From assembly GCF_001194135.2 (NCBI RefSeq), contig NC_068987.1, positions 75,770,652 through 75,834,651 of the forward strand: a stretch of DNA of 64,000 nt, in the 5' to 3' direction. The stretch is from Octopus bimaculoides. Its lineage: Eukaryota. The stretch's first letter is position 1. Each line of letters starts with the position of its first letter. The notes below the pieces were generated by a model. That model ran no database searches. It was not told the DNA's origin and saw only the letters and a list, made by a program, of their open reading frames with translations. Both the position numbers and the translations under genes were made by a program. Below are positions 23,700 to 36,857 of this stretch, in pieces.

Positions 23700-24361
23700 T
23701 TTGCATATTCTATTGTAGTTTTAATTTTTAGGCACTGCATAACGTTTTATAAATCGATATATATCTGGCTGTGTACATTTACGCCTAAATGTACGCAACT
23801 AGATATTTATAGTCTCATATGGTTTAACTAGAAAGTTCCTCTTCTTACTCTACAGAATGCAGGCCTATACAGAGTTCCTTCTTATGGAAGACCAGTAGAA
23901 AATGCATAAATGAAAGTCTCTCCTTTACCCACCACCGATATAGTCCTAGGGACCGAAACATATCAGAACCAGTATCATCCCAGGAGTTCCAGTCAGAACA
24001 TAAATAACTGGAACAGGTTTACAAAAGGTAACCCGTCTGGCTCTCGAACAATTCTACCACTAAATACATGTCCTTCCATCCTGGGCTGACACATTTATCA
24101 AGCTCTGATACGACGAAAAGCAATGTTAGCGGTAATGTTACAAAAAGTTATGTATAGTTGACATCTAGGTTGTAACTGGACTTTCACTGATATCGCTAAG
24201 ATATCTAATCCAGTTACGAGATATAAATACAACAAAGTAATGAGATTACTTCTGGATTATTATTCTGCCAGCTCGCGGCCCTATTTATCGATGTATAATA
24301 TTAAAATTCTGTCTACTGATGGATATTCATGAATCATAAAATTTCAATATAAATGTCCACC

Positions 24362-24580
24362 GAGGCGGCGAACAGGCCGAATCATTGCTGCATGTGACAA
24401 AATGCCTGGCGACATTTCTTCTGACCTTACTTTCCGAGTTCAAATGATGCCGGAGTCGACTTTACCTTTCATACTTTCAGGATCGATGAAATAAGTACTA
24501 GTTAAGTACTTGGGTCAATACAATCGAGTTAATCCCTCTCCTAAACTTGCTGGTCTTGTGCAAACAGTTTAAATCAATAT
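24362..24580 (+). mobile_element. Degenerate SINE family A
   Basis: GAGGCGGCGAAC...GAGTTCAAAT...GTCGACTTTACCTTTCAT...GATCGATGAAATAAGTAC. Confidence 0.8.
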
Positions 24581-25421
24581 AAGTTTCCACTAGGTTCCGA
24601 AGGGTGTTTAGTCTCCATTTAATGGTTTAAAGCTAGACGAATCTTCCTTGGATAGTACATCAACCTTGGTAAAACAATTCTTTCAAATGAATCTCTGACT
24701 AGTCCAAAAGTTAGATGTCCAGGGAAATAAAAAAAATGTAAGTATACAGTAAAAATGTACAAGTTAGGCCTTTCCAGTAGATTTTGAACTCAATACTTAT
24801 CAACTTAAATTCACAACCCTTACCCACAGAGCCGCGCCATATCTAATTCCAAATAAAAGAAATTAGAAAAATTGGTCAACGCCAGTCAAAACGTTTACAC
24901 ATGCGACATACAAATTATTTGCTATTTGTAGAATTGCTTTGTTTTAGTGTCTTGTAGTAGACTTGTTTTCCGTTTGTAAACTGTTCTGCTTCTATTTTAA
25001 GGTCTGAGTTTATTAAACACGTGTGTGGTGTCTGCCTAACAGACTTCTTTAACCAATTCTCTTGGGAGACTTCCAATAAAGAAGTATCTGTATCCAGTTT
25101 ATTTTCTTTAATTGTCTTAATTGCTTTCCCTTAAGCTGTTTTATTGTTGTCGCTTTTTTAAAAATATATCTGCCATTGTCGTCATAACATCATTGAAGAA
25201 TATTTACATTTTTTTTTTGTTTATGAAGACATCGTCTATATGTATTTAGTTTCTGAATTTCAGTAACTTCTAATAGACAATAGATATCAGTGCATCACAG
25301 AATAAACCTACAGCAAAGGATGTTGATAAGGATGATAAACCACACATCACATATTGAAGCCAGCGAAGGAAACTATGTGATGTATATAACGTTTTGATGT
25401 GTACTGACAAATACAAATGTT

Positions 25422-25423
25422 GT

Positions 25424-25470
<47 letters not shown>

Positions 25471-25517
25471 TTACTACTACTACTACTACTGATAACAACA
25501 ACAACAACAACAACAGC

Positions 25518-25556
<39 letters not shown>

Positions 25557-25572
25557 TTAAATAATAATAATA
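25422..25572. repeat. (CTA)n(CAA)n(AAT)n microsatellite
   Basis: Read directly. Confidence 0.95.
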
Positions 25573-25778
25573 ATGATCCTTTCTGCTATAGGCACAATGC
25601 CTGAAATTTGGTGGAATTACATCTATTACATTGACAGCAATGTTTCACTGGTACTTAATTTATCGACCTCGAAAGGATGAAAGGCAAAGTCAACCTCGGC
25701 GGAATTTGAACGTAGCGACGGGTGAAATACCGCTAAGTATTTCGTTCAACGTGCTGACGGTTCTGCCAGCTCACCGCT

Positions 25779-25779
<1 letters not shown>
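25573..25779 (-). mobile_element. SINE family A, full copy between two (AAT)n tracts
   Basis: Reverse complement of the 14510-14727 type; (AAT)n on both sides (to 25846). Confidence 0.9.
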
Positions 25780-25847
<68 letters not shown>

Positions 25848-27399
25848 GTTACAATAAATCTTCCTAATTATGCCACAAAGCCTGCAATTTTTAGGAATTG
25901 GCGGCAGTGGTGTCCCAGCATGGCCGCAGCTGTCGAGCTAAATGTAGTTAAAGAATAGTCTACATCATTACTAAAGTACATGACTGGTACTTTATTTTAT
26001 CTCCCTTAAAAGGAAGCCAGGCAAAACTGAACTAGTGGGGTTTGGTTTGAACTCAGAATGTAAAGAGTAGGAACTAATACCACGAAAATTTTTTTAGACG
26101 ATCTAACCGTCCTATTAGTTTCCCACAGTAAAAATAGAAATAATCTTTATTTTATTGGCCACTAGGGAGCGAAGTAATTTAGAAAAATATAACGTACTGT
26201 TAAGAGAACTTATACATGTAGATAGAGCGAACAAAATGAAGAGAGAAGTGAAATGAGTTATCTATCATAATAAAAGCAAAATTCTGTCTGTCCATTTGGG
26301 ACCCCTGTATGTCAGCCTACATTTGCTCTACATAGATATGTTATACCTTCTAGGAATCAGGATGATCCCAGAATTGAAAATCTGCCATTCATTTGGTTCT
26401 CCAGCATCCAGCACTGGGATCTGATTTTAAAGCATTTAGATTGTTATTTCTAGCAGGTGAAACTTGGCTGGTTAATGCCATCTTGGTGGCGTTTGTCAGA
26501 TAACGTTAGAAGTCGAGTGGGAGATAAAAGATATTCGCTTCGTTAATTTTACGTCGAGATAAAAAAAAAAAACTTTTGAATAAATTCGCCAACAAAACTA
26601 ATTGGCCAACAATTGGAATTCAACTTGGGACTGAAACAATAGAATCATTGCATTACAGAATTAATTCTCACTCGTCCTTAACTTCTGATTAACACCACCG
26701 GGGCATACAGTCATTACAGACGTATTATAGTCATGCTATTCAGCTCTGCTTAGTTTTGGGCCGCAGGTCCATTTAGCCTCCAACAGGAGCTAGCATCAAA
26801 GTCCGCACGGAGAGCGGCTTTTAAGCTAGTATAATATAAAATAGAACAGGTTAAAGATTTATAAAGCATAAGTAATTGAATGGAATGAATTTAAAAAAGA
26901 ACGTTAAAACACTAACACTGTGTAACAATATTATTTCATCTTTGGTCAATGTTATTTCCTATTTGCTTCTGTTTAGAAATCAAAGGAAATGACTACTATT
27001 CCCTTCACACTTTCCTTTTGTGACCTGGACATCAATGTTTTGAAACTGACCTATTTTCTATTACATTTCAGATAGATTCAGTGCTGAGTAGGTGAAGCAG
27101 AAAAATATCGGTACCATGGTGCTTGTCAGTTTCTTGACCTTTACCATTTGAACATGTCCCTTAGTGGCTGACAATATGTGCCTCTCTAATCATGAGCAGA
27201 AGTAGAGGGGGAGCACTACAGCTATGTGTGAGAGGGATTCTTTAGAGTTTAAATAAACGTAACGAAGGTAAGGTTTGAAAGAAATGTTAGCCATTTGTCA
27301 TACTTTCTAGGGGCAAGTAAATAGGAAATAATAGCTGCTAGTCAAGGACAAAAATCGTATTACACAGTGTAATTGTATAAATATATTGATATAACACTT

Positions 27400-28330
27400 A
27401 AATCTTCAATTGCTTTGATCAAGATACTCCACGTTCCTGATTATTCCTCCACTGTACTTTCTTCCTGTATTGTTTGTATTGTTTATGACTGGATATTCTA
27501 AAATCGTCCATGATCACGTCTTACGTTATAGTGTACAAGTGTAAAACCTGGCCGACTGAATCGTCGCAATATAATATTTCTTAAAGTCAAGTACAAACCC
27601 GAAATTTTTGTTAGTATTCTATAGTTTATGTGTAGTTGTCTGCATTTCCTTCTCGATCCGCACTTCTTTGGTAAATTTGTATATTGTGTAATTAAATTGT
27701 AAGGGCTTCGTTATTCTTGTAACTGGCCATGAATTTCATTTCCATCATGGATATAGGCTCTCAAGATATAGGCTCTCAAGATATAGGCTTTCCTTCTTAT
27801 GAGTTCTTCCTCAGTGGAAAGAATGACCTATTCGCAGGAGGTGTATCCTATTTCGCACTTTTAATGACATGTTTGATATTTTTCTTTTGCATTGGTTGTC
27901 TTTTTCTGTTTCTTTTAAGAAGTCCGCTTATCTCCACCATTCTCTGTCTAATCTCCACCCTAATAAACAGATGTAAGGGTTTTGCTATGAGGGGATACTT
28001 CCTGGTTGTTTACTTTCCTGCCAGTGTTGTTGTTTTTTGTGACTCTTTGTTTTTGCCAGTTATCGTTGTGAGAGAAGACTCTCCAGTTTCATAGTTCAAT
28101 TCTGGGAATGTGGGTAAGGCATTTTTTTTTACCGACTCACAAGTTGTATTTGGTGCCGCCTTAGGACAGACGACCACGGTGGTTTGTTCTTGTTTGCTTT
28201 TGTTTTTTCAAAATTTTATGCAAAAATCCCGTAAGTGGATTGTGTCCTCACATCTGTTGCAGCTGATTGTCTAATTTGACACAGTCCTGGTATTATTTTG
28301 TGGTCTTGTATGCACGTAAGTATTTGTATA
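27400..28330 (-). pseudogene. Highly degenerate RLE-type non-LTR retrotransposon (R4/Dong-like) post-RT region
   Basis: Minus-strand pieces HWQESKQPG and LDREWWR*ADFLKETE resemble the W-x-x-K-x-x-HG...LK-x-ETE block upstream of the CCHC/RLE. Many stops. Confidence 0.5.
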
Positions 28331-28477
28331 GCTGTGGTGTTTCCAAAGATTACGACTGCACTTGTCTCCAATCAATTCTGTACCATGAAGGCGGCCACTA
28401 GCCAGATGTCAACATCTGAAGCTGCCTTCTCGTCTCGAGGCTCTAAGGATTTTGCCACTTCACTATCCGACATAATA

Positions 28478-28790
28478 ATATCTAAGCACAAGGTTTGAAA
28501 TATTGGTTTCAAATTTTGGCACAAGGCCAGCGGTTTTGAGGGTGGGGCCAAGTCGATTAAATCGACCCCAGTGCTCAACTGGTACTTATTTTATAGATCA
28601 CGAAAGGATGAAAGGCAAAGTCGACCTCGGCCTAATTCTGCCATCTCGCCGCCTTACAGGTCTGAAACATTGAAGGGAAAAGTTAGTCGATAGCATCGAT
28701 CACAGTGATTGACTGGCTGATTATTTTATCGACTTCGGAAGTGTGAAATGCGTGCTGAAGTAGGCGGAATTTGAACTCGAAAGGAAGGGC
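28478..28790 (-). mobile_element. Two or three adjacent SINE family A fragments
   Basis: GATTAAATCGACCCCAGTGCTCAACTGGTACTTATTTT...GCCATCTCGCCGCCTT, followed by a second degenerate copy. Confidence 0.8.
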
Positions 28791-29046
28791 GCATCACTGC
28801 ATATCGCATTGTATGCATAACTATTACGTACTGCTTAAAGTTTACTACGCTAACGTTTGTGTATTTATGTCGCCCTTGCGGCTAACACAGACAGAAATAT
28901 TATTTATGCTTTTTTCCTTTACTTTTTCACTCGATTTAATCACCACCACAGTAACTGTTTTACCATTCGTCTTTATAATATTGCCCCTGTGACATACAAA
29001 AGGGATATATTATTATTAATAAGGAAAGCATTGTTGTTGCTGATGA

Positions 29047-29079
<33 letters not shown>

Positions 29080-29638
29080 GCTGTTATTTTAACTTATGGT
29101 TGTTAGTAATCGCCATTGCTGTCAGAAAGCTGTTATTTTGTATATTTAAATAACTGGTTTTATTTATTTATTTTTTTCACACCACGGTTGTTTAAAATAT
29201 AGTCCATACGAATTCAGGTCCCGAATGGAAACCATATCATAATAAATATTTAAATGTGACTTCAGTGTTTTTGTTTTCTTTTTAAAGAAACTGAAAATAG
29301 TTTCTCAACGTCTTCTGGGGAATATATATATATTCTCCTCTCCATATAGACTAAATATATGTTTTTCTTTTATATTCTTGTGAAACTGTTACAGTCAGGT
29401 TTACTAATATGACTACATCTTTGTTTTCATTTTTCTTTTCGCTGTATTATTTATATATGTATATATTTCTAATCATTTTTATGAGTGTTTTCAATTCGAT
29501 ACTGTTGTTTCCATGGGGGTGGAGGTCCTTCGTTCTGTCTCCTTAAATTTTATTTTTATACACATTTACACATATTTGTGCCATTTGTTTTCTATATACA
29601 AACATATCGACGCAATCCCCGCACACCCATATATATAT

Positions 29639-29815
29639 GGAGTAGAAGTGGCTGTGTGGTAAGTAGCTTGCTTACGAACCACATGTTTCCGGGTTCAGTC
29701 CCACTGTGTGGCAACTTGGGCAAGTGTCTTCTACTATAGCCTCGGGTCGACCAAAGTATTGTGAGTGAATTTCGTAGACGGAAACTGAAAGAAGCTCGTC
29801 GTATATATATATATA
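29639..29815 (+). mobile_element. SINE family B 5' half ending in (TA)n
   Basis: A box TGGCTGTGTGG, B box GGTTCAGTCCC, CORE-like GGCAACTTGGGCAAGTGTCTTC. Confidence 0.9.
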
Positions 29816-29842
29816 TATATTATTATTATTATTACATATATT

Positions 29843-29885
<43 letters not shown>

Positions 29886-30316
29886 CTGTATATGATTTTC
29901 ACGTTTTATTTACAATCTTATAATATAATATAATGAAATGATAGAATATTAAACGTCCTTTCTGATTGAAGTAGTGCTTTCATACATTAAACTATACAAT
30001 CTTCAAGTTCATATAGTAGTGGTGACAGTTATGCTTTACAATTTACAACTGTAGTGAGATGGCTAGACTGTGTGCCTTAAATGCATTTGTATAGGCTCCA
30101 GAACTTTAATTTTTGCAAACTGCATTCTGACCAATCAGCGTGTTGTTTTACTAAATTACTTAAGCTGATTGGCGTCTGATTTAGGTGTCACGGTTTGTTG
30201 AACATGTCAAGAGACCTGTATTTTAACCCTGCTCAAAGCAGCAATTGTTGGGCTATTTTTAGAAATGTTGTAAACAAGATTTCCCAGAGATTTTTACATT
30301 TATCATCCTTATCATT

Positions 30317-30317
<1 letters not shown>

Positions 30318-30382
<65 letters not shown>

Positions 30383-30392
30383 GGTGGTGGTG
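30318..30392. repeat. (GTT)n(GGT)n microsatellite
   Basis: Read directly. Confidence 0.95.
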
Positions 30393-30574
30393 GTAGGAGT
30401 GGCTGTTGTAATAGAACTTTAAACCCCAAAATAAGATTATTTTTACTGACTCTTCTCTTGGCTTAGCTAGTATCTTCCTACTATCGTCATCGTGTGAACC
30501 TTTAGTATTGCTGCTGTTGTTGTTAGAGGTAGTAGAAATAGTACCTCTAAGTATTACTATTATTGTTTATTTAG

Positions 30575-31000
30575 CTTGGGTTGGAATTTATTAATAAATT
30601 TCATTTCCCTGATTTTTCTCTCAATTTAACTTGGACTGTGTAGTTTGTAGAATGGAAATATTATTAATATTTTCCGACATATGTTGCTAGATGATTACTC
30701 AAAGGTATCTGACGGACATTTGGATGTCTAATTTGCTGTCGGTGCACACGTGAACGTTCTGATAGAGCATTTCCAATCTGGCCTACATATAGTTCTTCAC
30801 AATTCGAGCATTTGATGCAGTAAATTAAATTTCTGCATTTGCAGTTTATATTTTCGTTTGTGAATATTTTTCCGGTTTTTGTGTCCAAATATTGGTCGCT
30901 ATGTATGAATTGGTATGTGCTATCATTGCATTTAGATACAGTGAATGATTGGTCTTTGTTGTTAAGATCAAATTTTACCTTTGTTAATAGTTTTTATATA
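30575..31000 (-). pseudogene. Penelope-like GIY-YIG endonuclease fragment
   Basis: NCKCRNLIYCIKCSNCEELYVGQIGNALSERSRVHRQQIR, then EMKFINKFQPKLN after stops. Confidence 0.88.
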
Positions 31001-31030
31001 TTCAAATTGAATATATATGTGTGTGTGTAT

Positions 31031-31066
<36 letters not shown>

Positions 31067-31214
31067 GATACCAGATTGTTCATTTACGAAGACATATGAT
31101 AGAGAAAAAGGGGAAGAAAGACAGAGGGGCAAAAGAAAGAAGAAAAACAGAAAAACAGAAAAAATGAAATAAACGTAAACAGAAAATAAAGGGGGGAAAA
31201 AGGAAGGAACATTC

Positions 31215-31480
31215 ACAGCGACAATGCTCTTCTCAATGTGTGATGTACCAGTTGCGAAAATCTTTTGCACTTCCTGCATGGATGGTAAACCAGGAATCAT
31301 CCTCAAATGACTTTCAGTTCCTTTTTTTTTTATCATTCCAAGTGTTCCTACAATCATTGGTATTTACCGTCTTGTGATGCCACATTTTTACGATTTCGAT
31401 CAGCAAATCTTTATGTTTTCTGAGCTTATAAAATTCTTTTACCGAGATATTATGTTCACAAGAAATGCTCATGTCAATCA
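31215..31480 (-). pseudogene. C-terminal RLE fragment of a second RLE-type non-LTR family
   Basis: NISVKEFYKLRKHKDLLIEI...PMIVGTLGMIKKKGTESHLRMIPGLPSMQEVQKI. Confidence 0.75.
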
Positions 31481-31489
31481 ATAAACAGA

Positions 31490-31720
31490 CTTTATTGTTT
31501 TGGTCTTTCTAACGCCAACTTCTTTACAGAGTGTACTGGGTGCTTTAACGTGGCATTGTATGCGTGCTTTTACGTAGCATCGCAAAAGTGCTTTTACATA
31601 GCATTGCCACAAGTGCTTTACACCATCAGAGGGACCGCTCTTAACACTTCTGCTGCGGAGCACGGGTTTTCTTGAGTACAGCAAGGCACCAGACATATTT
31701 GTCCTTTGCCATCTCACCTG
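31490..31720 (-). mobile_element. SINE-like fragment with internal 24-25 bp tandem repeats
   Basis: Units GTGCTTTTACGTAGCAT... start at 31540, 31564, 31588 and 31613, next to minus-strand GTTGGCGTTAGAAAG (resembles a V-domain-type SINE core, from memory). Confidence 0.55.
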
Positions 31721-32447
31721 AAAATTTCAGCGTCCTGAGGTCGTTCTTCAGTACTTCATCCTTCAAACATAAATTGTCCACTCTTGATAAAATGCAGAAC
31801 CGAATGTATTGCATTCGGATAGTGCTGTGATCTTTTCATCACTCCAGCACACTATCATCAATAGAATACTGTAGTCTTTTCTACTGTCATTTCAATGGGA
31901 AGCTTTCAGACTGGTTCCATTCCTGCTAGTGCGAAACTTATCCATCAGAATTTAATTTGCAAAGTTCAGCAAATCACATCATAATTCACTCCGTATCTCG
32001 CGAATAAGCTGCAGGTTCCATGCTCAAAGTACTTTTTATAGCTCCGGAACAACTGAATTTTGAGATAAATTCTGTTTGCATTTATCTTGTTGACTACGAT
32101 TTTGATATTTTAAAATTCAATGTTAAGAAATACCTTGCCAAATGTGTGAGGCTTCCTTTATTTTAATATTTTTGTCGGCTCTATTATTATCTCATTTTGT
32201 TTCCTTGTATTAGCTCCATTATTGCCATCTCACAGTATTTTATTGCCATCAACTCTTTATTTGGTTCTCTTGTTATTTTCTCATCGTATTTAACTTTCAG
32301 TTTTTTTATGAATCATTTTATTGCTATCTTCCTCTCTTAAATATGAATATGTATATAACGTGCTCTGAGGCATTAATACTGCTTCTCCTTTCTCACTAAG
32401 TTTTGCCTAGGGGCCTTGTTTAAAATTATTTCGAGTAAAAAAAAATG

Positions 32448-32489
32448 CACACACACACACAAGCACACACACACACACACATACACACA

Positions 32490-32552
<63 letters not shown>
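32448..32552. repeat. (CA)n microsatellite
   Basis: Read directly. Confidence 0.97.
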
Positions 32553-32554
<2 letters not shown>

Positions 32555-34029
32555 TTACGATAATTCCGTGTTCTTGTATATCTCGGATTACGTTGTTCAA
32601 TGTGTCCGACATTTGTTTCTAAGATGTTAAAATGTGATTCGAGAGAAATTTGGCTGATGTTTCTAACAGGTCGTGCAACCATAAAGAGACTCCTTCCTCC
32701 TCCCTCTAACAAGTTGCCATAAAGTACATATTATCTACTTTCGGTTGTTTCGTAAAATCGATGAAAACTGAATAATTTTTCTTTCAAAGAGGCTGAAATT
32801 TATATTGCTCCATAACACAGTCGTATGTATTTATTCAAAGCATTTATATACTTATTCTATTTTATTTTACTTTTACTTGTATTCCTAAAATGTGATATTA
32901 ACTAAACGTTTTATGTCTTTTCTTCCATGAAATAGCTTTTTTAGACTGATGATATAAACGCCCTACTTGAAATATTTCACCCAAGAGAGCCGTATAGTAA
33001 TCAATAGCCCTGTTCTTGAAGAAGCGTTACTAAAATAGAAAAGATTTGCTTTGAGGGAAAAAAGACATATGGAAAACGTCAACAAATAGTTTACCTCAAG
33101 TATATAATAGATTTTCTCCAGAATAAATACAGATTTCAATGATATATTTTATAAAGATTCTGAAAAAAAGAAAAAAGAAATTAAATCTATTTTAAATATG
33201 ATGTGGATTTAATAATTGTAGGTCCGAGGTTTCGACCTCGTTGTGTCTCATCACCTCCGATGTAGTTATAATAATGCTTGCTCTTTTAGTCTGACAGTTT
33301 ATATATTACGCAATAGACAGAAGTGATGTGGTGGTGTAGATTCAGAGAGCGCATTAGTGTACAAAAAGGTTATGTAGCTTACGATATAGCGTATTAATTA
33401 AATAATTTCATGTGAGAAAGCATTCCCAGTCTTACTCTAATGCAATCTTCAGGTGCTGGAGATTAGAAAGAATATTAAAGATTATTGTTCTATAATACAA
33501 GTGACAACATCACACTCTCTCCCACCTCTCTTCTTTCTCTTTCTCTTTCTCTCACATCCTCACATTTAGTCGAAGCTCTTCCATACTCACCGCGAGTGAA
33601 ATATTTCTCTCAGTGATTTACTTTGCCAAGCTAATTTCCACGTCGACACCTCTACAACATTTTATATCGATTTCGTGGTTCTTGCATCAGTACATTACCA
33701 TGTACGGTGCAATCTATAATTTACGGTGGTAAAGGTAATAAAGCAGAAGCATGTTAACTGTTATCAACTGTACTTATCGAAATGATAAATAAAATACGAA
33801 TCACTGAGATTAAAGATTTTCCTCACCCCATATATTTTTCTTTACTGCTCATTACATTAAAAATATTAATACTTATTAACTATTGCAATTAACAGTGTTA
33901 TATCCACTCCTACTTATTTTCGACTTCAAGACTTGTCTGAGACGTGTTGCAATGCAGTATGAAATTTACTTTATGAGAGATTTTGAAGCCAGAAAGGTTT
34001 TAGTATAGTAACCAAAATTTTGATCAAGA

Positions 34030-34260
34030 ATCGAAGTTGAATAGAAATTGTATATCATAGAGATATCCGATTGCTTTTTTCGAAGCTGGAGCCAAAAATT
34101 GCAAAGGGTGACAAACAAAATTATAGGAATATAAGACATTACGTGATAAAATAAGAGTAGTGTTCAAAATATTAAATGTTGCTGGGAATCTAGAAGCTCT
34201 TTGGGTCATGTTGTTTCCGGTGCAAGTCTTTGAAGGGTCGAGGAGGCTTTATTAATGGCC
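34030..34260 (+). pseudogene. Possible very old Tigger/pogo DDE fragment
   Basis: AGAKNCKG*...RDKIRVVFKILNVAGNLE weakly resembles the K-x-x-KDRITV...NA-x-G block. Confidence 0.3.
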
Positions 34261-35368
34261 TATGTTCAGTTTTTTAAAGAAAGGAAAATTATGAAGTAAC
34301 TTTTTTTTCTGTAGATCGTTAAAAACAAATACAAAGAAATAAACCATTAAAACTTAGTATTCTTTTCAGCATAATGGTATCGTGTATAATTGATCGTGCA
34401 CCGTCTATGACAGATGGCCAAAACTGGATTGGTGTGTTATATAAAAGCGGAAGTGATTAACAGTCGCGATATACTGTGTAATTTATTACCAACATGCCAG
34501 TATGTTGTTTAAAGGTGCCATGTCTAGCTGTAGTAATTTTTGCTGTTAACAAAATCAAAGGTCAGGCGTTGTACAGAAGTGAAGAGACTGATGAAAATGT
34601 TAAATGTCTGCTCCTCTACACTGGGATTCGCTGAACTTCAAAAGGATCATGTTTTAAAAGCTTCTTCCAGTTTTACTATCTTGCTATTGAATTTTTACAT
34701 ATAAATTAGGATGACCAACGAAAAAATCGTATTTTATTCGTGGAGCTGTAGCTTAGATATTTGATATCCACAACAAATTGAACAGCCTCAATATACAACT
34801 ACAGGAGAACAATTTTAATCTAATAGGCGCAAAGAATGCAATCAACTGCCCCATAAAAGATAATTATATTGCACAAAGAAATCCTCGTGGAGGGCAGTTC
34901 TGACAGTTCTCATCTATTAAAGACACATTTACAGGTGATAGCTCTGAAGGCGTATTGTGCACATTCACAACAACTCAAAGATGAGTATGAGAAGATTAAA
35001 TGCCCTAATTCAAGGTTTTTGAATGATTAGACAAATGAATTGTAGTACATGATAATTAAGTTATAAAACGACAAAGTAAAGATTTTCCTTGGTTCCTGAC
35101 AAAGAGACAATGTTATTTAAACTGAACGTTTGAATTGTTTTGTAAGAATTACATTTCTAACCATTGTTTTTCGTAGTCCATTTTCTCAGCAGTATTCTTT
35201 TGCTTGCTTTAATCATTGCACTGCTGCCATGTTAGAACACACTTTTGTAGTGTTAGTCGAACAAGTCGAGACTAGTACTTATTTTAAGTATTTATTCTAT
35301 CGGTCTCTTTTGCCGAACCCTATGTTATGCAGACATAAACAGACCAATAGACAGAAAGATGATTATAA

Positions 35369-35474
35369 TGAAGAAGAAGAAGAAGAAGAAGAAGAAGAAG
35401 AAGAAGAAGAAGAAGAAGAAGAAGAAGAAGAAGAAGAAGAAGAAGAAGAAGAAGAAGAAGAAGAAGAAGAAGAA
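35369..35474. repeat. (GAA)n microsatellite
   Basis: Read directly. Confidence 0.97.
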
Positions 35475-35770
35475 GCTTATCTTCCTATGATGAAGTTTGA
35501 AATTTTGGCTGTTTGATCAACTGGTTTAGTTCGTACTAAGAATGGTTTGTGAATTTCACAGCCACATGCATACTTAACGTACTTATCAAGCAGAATCGAC
35601 ATGACAAGGCTGTACGTTTTGCATATTGGGTACAATCCATCTGCCCGAGCTTCTATACAGTCTTCATTTTACCAAAAAGATGCACCTCCCCCACATGCAC
35701 GCACACACTCACGAACTCACAAATATACATACATACATACATACATGCATACATACATACATACATACAT

Positions 35771-36390
35771 ATTGGTGTATTGGTGGAATGTCCCAATAAA
35801 AACCTCAATAAAGTGCAGACATAATAGACCGGATATAGTAATCTGGGACCGAGAAGAGAAACTGTGTACAGTAGTAGAAATCAGCTGTCCTGCGGATGTC
35901 AACATCCCACTAAAGATTAGAGAAAAAGAGAACAACTACGCCGAGCTACGGAGAAATTTGCAGATACTCCACCCAGACTACAAGTTCAGATTCATACCCG
36001 TGATTGTTGGGGCATTGGGATATGTAACGAACTGCCTCAACAAAAACCTAGAAAAATTAAGGTTCTCAAAATCTGAAAGAAAAAGGCTGATTAGAAGACT
36101 ACAGATTCAAGCCATCAATGGAACTGTAAAGACATGTAAAACTTTCCAAAAATTTAGCACATAAATACATATGTATGCATCTAGACATAAAAACGCATCC
36201 ATAAAACAAACATACAAATCTGCGCATACACTAACACCAAATACTGCACACACACACACATATGCACAAATACCTAGATGATGTTGATAAAAGTTCCAAT
36301 GAAGGAGCCTTGAATCTATGTTAGAGTCCGGCTCTTTCTCTATGGACAAGAAATACAGAAATGAAACTGATTGATAACATACATACATAC
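35771..36390 (+). mobile_element. 5'-truncated RLE-type non-LTR retrotransposon (R4/Dong-like) with open RLE domain and 3' UTR
   Basis: YWWNVPIKTSIKCRHNRPDIVIWDREEKLCTVVEISCPADVN...EKENNY...FIPVIVGALG...KTFQKFST* (PD-x-D/E-x-K motif; stop at 36164). (CATA)n at both ends. Confidence 0.9.
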
Positions 36391-36817
36391 ACTACCTGCT
36401 TTTATAGCAAGTTGATGCAGCTAGTTTATCCCGTCCCCACTCCGATTTTAGTTTATACAATTGAGAAAAACCGTATTATTTCTAGGACGACCCAACATAT
36501 AGATATGTTTGTTTGTTTATGTAGCNNNNNNNNNNNNNNNNNNNNNNNNNNNNNNNNNNNNNNNNNNNNNNNNNNNNNNNNNNNNNNNNNNNNNNNNNNN
36601 NNNNNNNNNNNNNNNNNNNNNNNNNNNNNNNNNNNNNNNNNNNNNNNNNNNNNNNNNNNNNNNNNNNNNNNNNNNNNNNNNNNNNNNNNNNNNNNNNNNN
36701 NNNNNNNNNNNNNNNNNNNNNNNNNNNNNNNNNNNNNNNNNNNNNNNNNNNNNNNNNNNNNNNNNNNNNNNNNNNNNNNNNNNNNNNNNNNNNNNNNNNN
36801 NNNNNNNNNNNNNNNNN

Positions 36818-36857
<40 letters not shown>

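Noticed and set aside
26259-26400. TCTATCATAATAAAAGC...CTGTCTGTCC as a non-autonomous Helitron 5' end
   Set aside because: No matching 3' hairpin/CTRR end was found and there is no second copy in the window.
27750-27789. Short local tandem duplications (15-bp x2.7 here; 14-bp x3 at ~37536-37575)
   Set aside because: Ordinary slippage events inside decayed elements.
29639-29710. tRNA-like A/B boxes as real tRNA genes (also 20134, 40000-40066, 44240-44310)
   Set aside because: No complete cloverleaf, and each continues into SINE body sequence repeated in the window.
30131-30172. Inverted CCAATCAGC pair as an NF-Y promoter
   Set aside because: It lies just downstream of a Penelope GIY-YIG relic and is probably part of its UTR/pLTR; no gene start is nearby.
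31540-31621. Repeat-spacer pattern (conserved ~17 nt plus 7-8 variable nt, four units) as a CRISPR array
   Set aside because: Spacers are far too short, there are no cas genes, the context is eukaryotic, and the units lie within a SINE-like fragment.
32935-32980. CTGATGA...GAAATATTTC hammerhead candidate
   Set aside because: No stem II, and only 2 bp of stem I.
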